From NCBI GenBank assembly GCA_015486285.1, contig WFRX01000140.1, forward strand, positions 1,621-65,620: a stretch of 64,000 bases of DNA, given 5' to 3'. Shown here piece by piece: positions 63,704 through 64,000 of the stretch. The position numbers and the translations under genes were made by a program. The stretch comes from a bacterium. GTDB taxonomy: Bacteria > Desulfobacterota > DSWW01. The stretch's first letter is position 1; each line of letters begins with the position of its first letter. The notes under the pieces were generated by a model, which was given only the letters and a program-made list of their open reading frames with translations, was not told where the DNA came from and did not search any database.

Positions 63704-64000
63704 ATGTCCTATCTTGTCCTGGCCCGAAAGTGGCGGCCCCGAACCTTTGACAAGATGGTGGGCCAGGAGTTTATCGCCCGCACACTCAAGAACGCGGTCA
63801 AGACCGACCACGTGGCCCATGCCTTCCTGTTTTCCGGCTCCCGCGGCGTGGGCAAGACGTCGGCGGCGCGCATCCTGGCCAAATGCCTGAATTGTGACGG
63901 AGGTCCCAAACCGGAGCCCTGCAACGAATGTTCCTCGTGCCGGGAGATCGACGAGGGCCGGAGCCTGGATGTCTACGAGATCGACGGGGCCTCGAATACG
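63704..64000 (+). CDS. dnaX: DNA polymerase III subunit gamma/tau (5' partial; continues beyond window)
   Basis: MSYLVLARKWRPRTFDKMVGQEF...HAFLFSGSRGVGKTSAARILAKCLNC (Walker A and clamp-loader Zn-module start). Confidence 0.9.
   Translation, partial: MSYLVLARKWRPRTFDKMVGQEFIARTLKNAVKTDHVAHAFLFSGSRGVGKTSAARILAKCLNCDGGPKPEPCNECSSCREIDEGRSLDVYEIDGASNT

Noticed and set aside
1-64000. CRISPR arrays, rRNA genes, transposases, integrases, toxin-antitoxin pairs
   Set aside because: No regularly spaced direct repeats, rRNA-like sequences or recognisable mobile-element proteins were found on either strand.

Overview
This is a high-GC (about 60-65%) chromosomal segment of Gram-negative type. It carries outer-membrane beta-barrels, lipoproteins, DUF1302/DUF1329 proteins and several sigma-54-related features, so a Desulfobacterota/Deltaproteobacteria-like anaerobe is a reasonable guess but is not proven.

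Left third (1-19.6 kb):
- xthA and an Old-Yellow-Enzyme reductase lie on the minus strand.
- Diverging from them is a MerB (organomercurial lyase) homologue. Its two catalytic cysteines are encoded by in-frame TGA codons, each followed 11-12 nt downstream by a hairpin with a GGUC(U) apical loop. This is a candidate double-selenocysteine MerB and the most striking feature of the window.
- Two plus-strand operons follow:
  - an ABM monooxygenase-like protein, a DUF1302/DUF1329 outer-membrane pair, a small Cys protein and a RACo-type corrinoid reductive activase;
  - a sigma-54 activator, a GMC oxidoreductase, and a four-gene corrinoid methyltransferase module (MtaA-like, corrinoid protein, MtaA-like, MtrH-like).
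- Both operons are preceded by near-identical sigma-54-type promoters (GG-N10-TTGA), each with a CTCCAAAAT-type palindrome about 100 bp upstream. This suggests one regulon for uptake and demethylation of a methylated substrate.
- An acyl-CoA dehydrogenase and a DUF1254/DUF1214 protein complete this third.

Middle (19.7-41.6 kb):
- An Fe-containing alcohol dehydrogenase and a divergent Cys-rich Fe-S protein come first.
- Next is a 12-kb minus-strand operon with tightly overlapping genes: DUF35-thiolase-thiolase-DUF35, EIIA(Ntr)-like, PII-like, two cation:proton antiporters, an ArnT/PMT-like membrane glycosyltransferase, WbqC-like, a BKACE (Kce-like) enzyme, a GT2 polyprenyl-phosphate sugar transferase, a roughly 190-bp palindromic element, a NeuD-type acetyltransferase and a WecE/ArnB-type aminotransferase.
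- After it come an outer-membrane beta-barrel protein, pyk, an Ntn-hydrolase acylase lipoprotein and a LOG-family protein.

Right third (41.8-64 kb):
- A SprT-like/DUF2786 protein, a molybdopterin oxidoreductase, a pectin-acetylesterase-like lipoprotein, a GATase1 protein, a hexapeptide acetyltransferase, an MscS channel and a DUF481 outer-membrane protein.
- tRNA-Glu and tRNA-Lys with a terminator, then purA, serA, a class-V aminotransferase, a roadblock/LC7 protein and tadA.
- A lower-GC islet between two tRNA-Ser genes holds a peroxiredoxin, a 52-aa conserved mini-protein, a PKD-like-repeat surface protein with a Gly-rich/Cys/TM/basic C-terminal anchor, a zinc-finger protein and a Cys-rich membrane protein.
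- A long (Bacillus-type, Alu-domain) SRP RNA precedes the start of dnaX.

No CRISPR array, rRNA, transposase or integrase was seen. Many long six-frame ORFs are antisense GC-frame artefacts.
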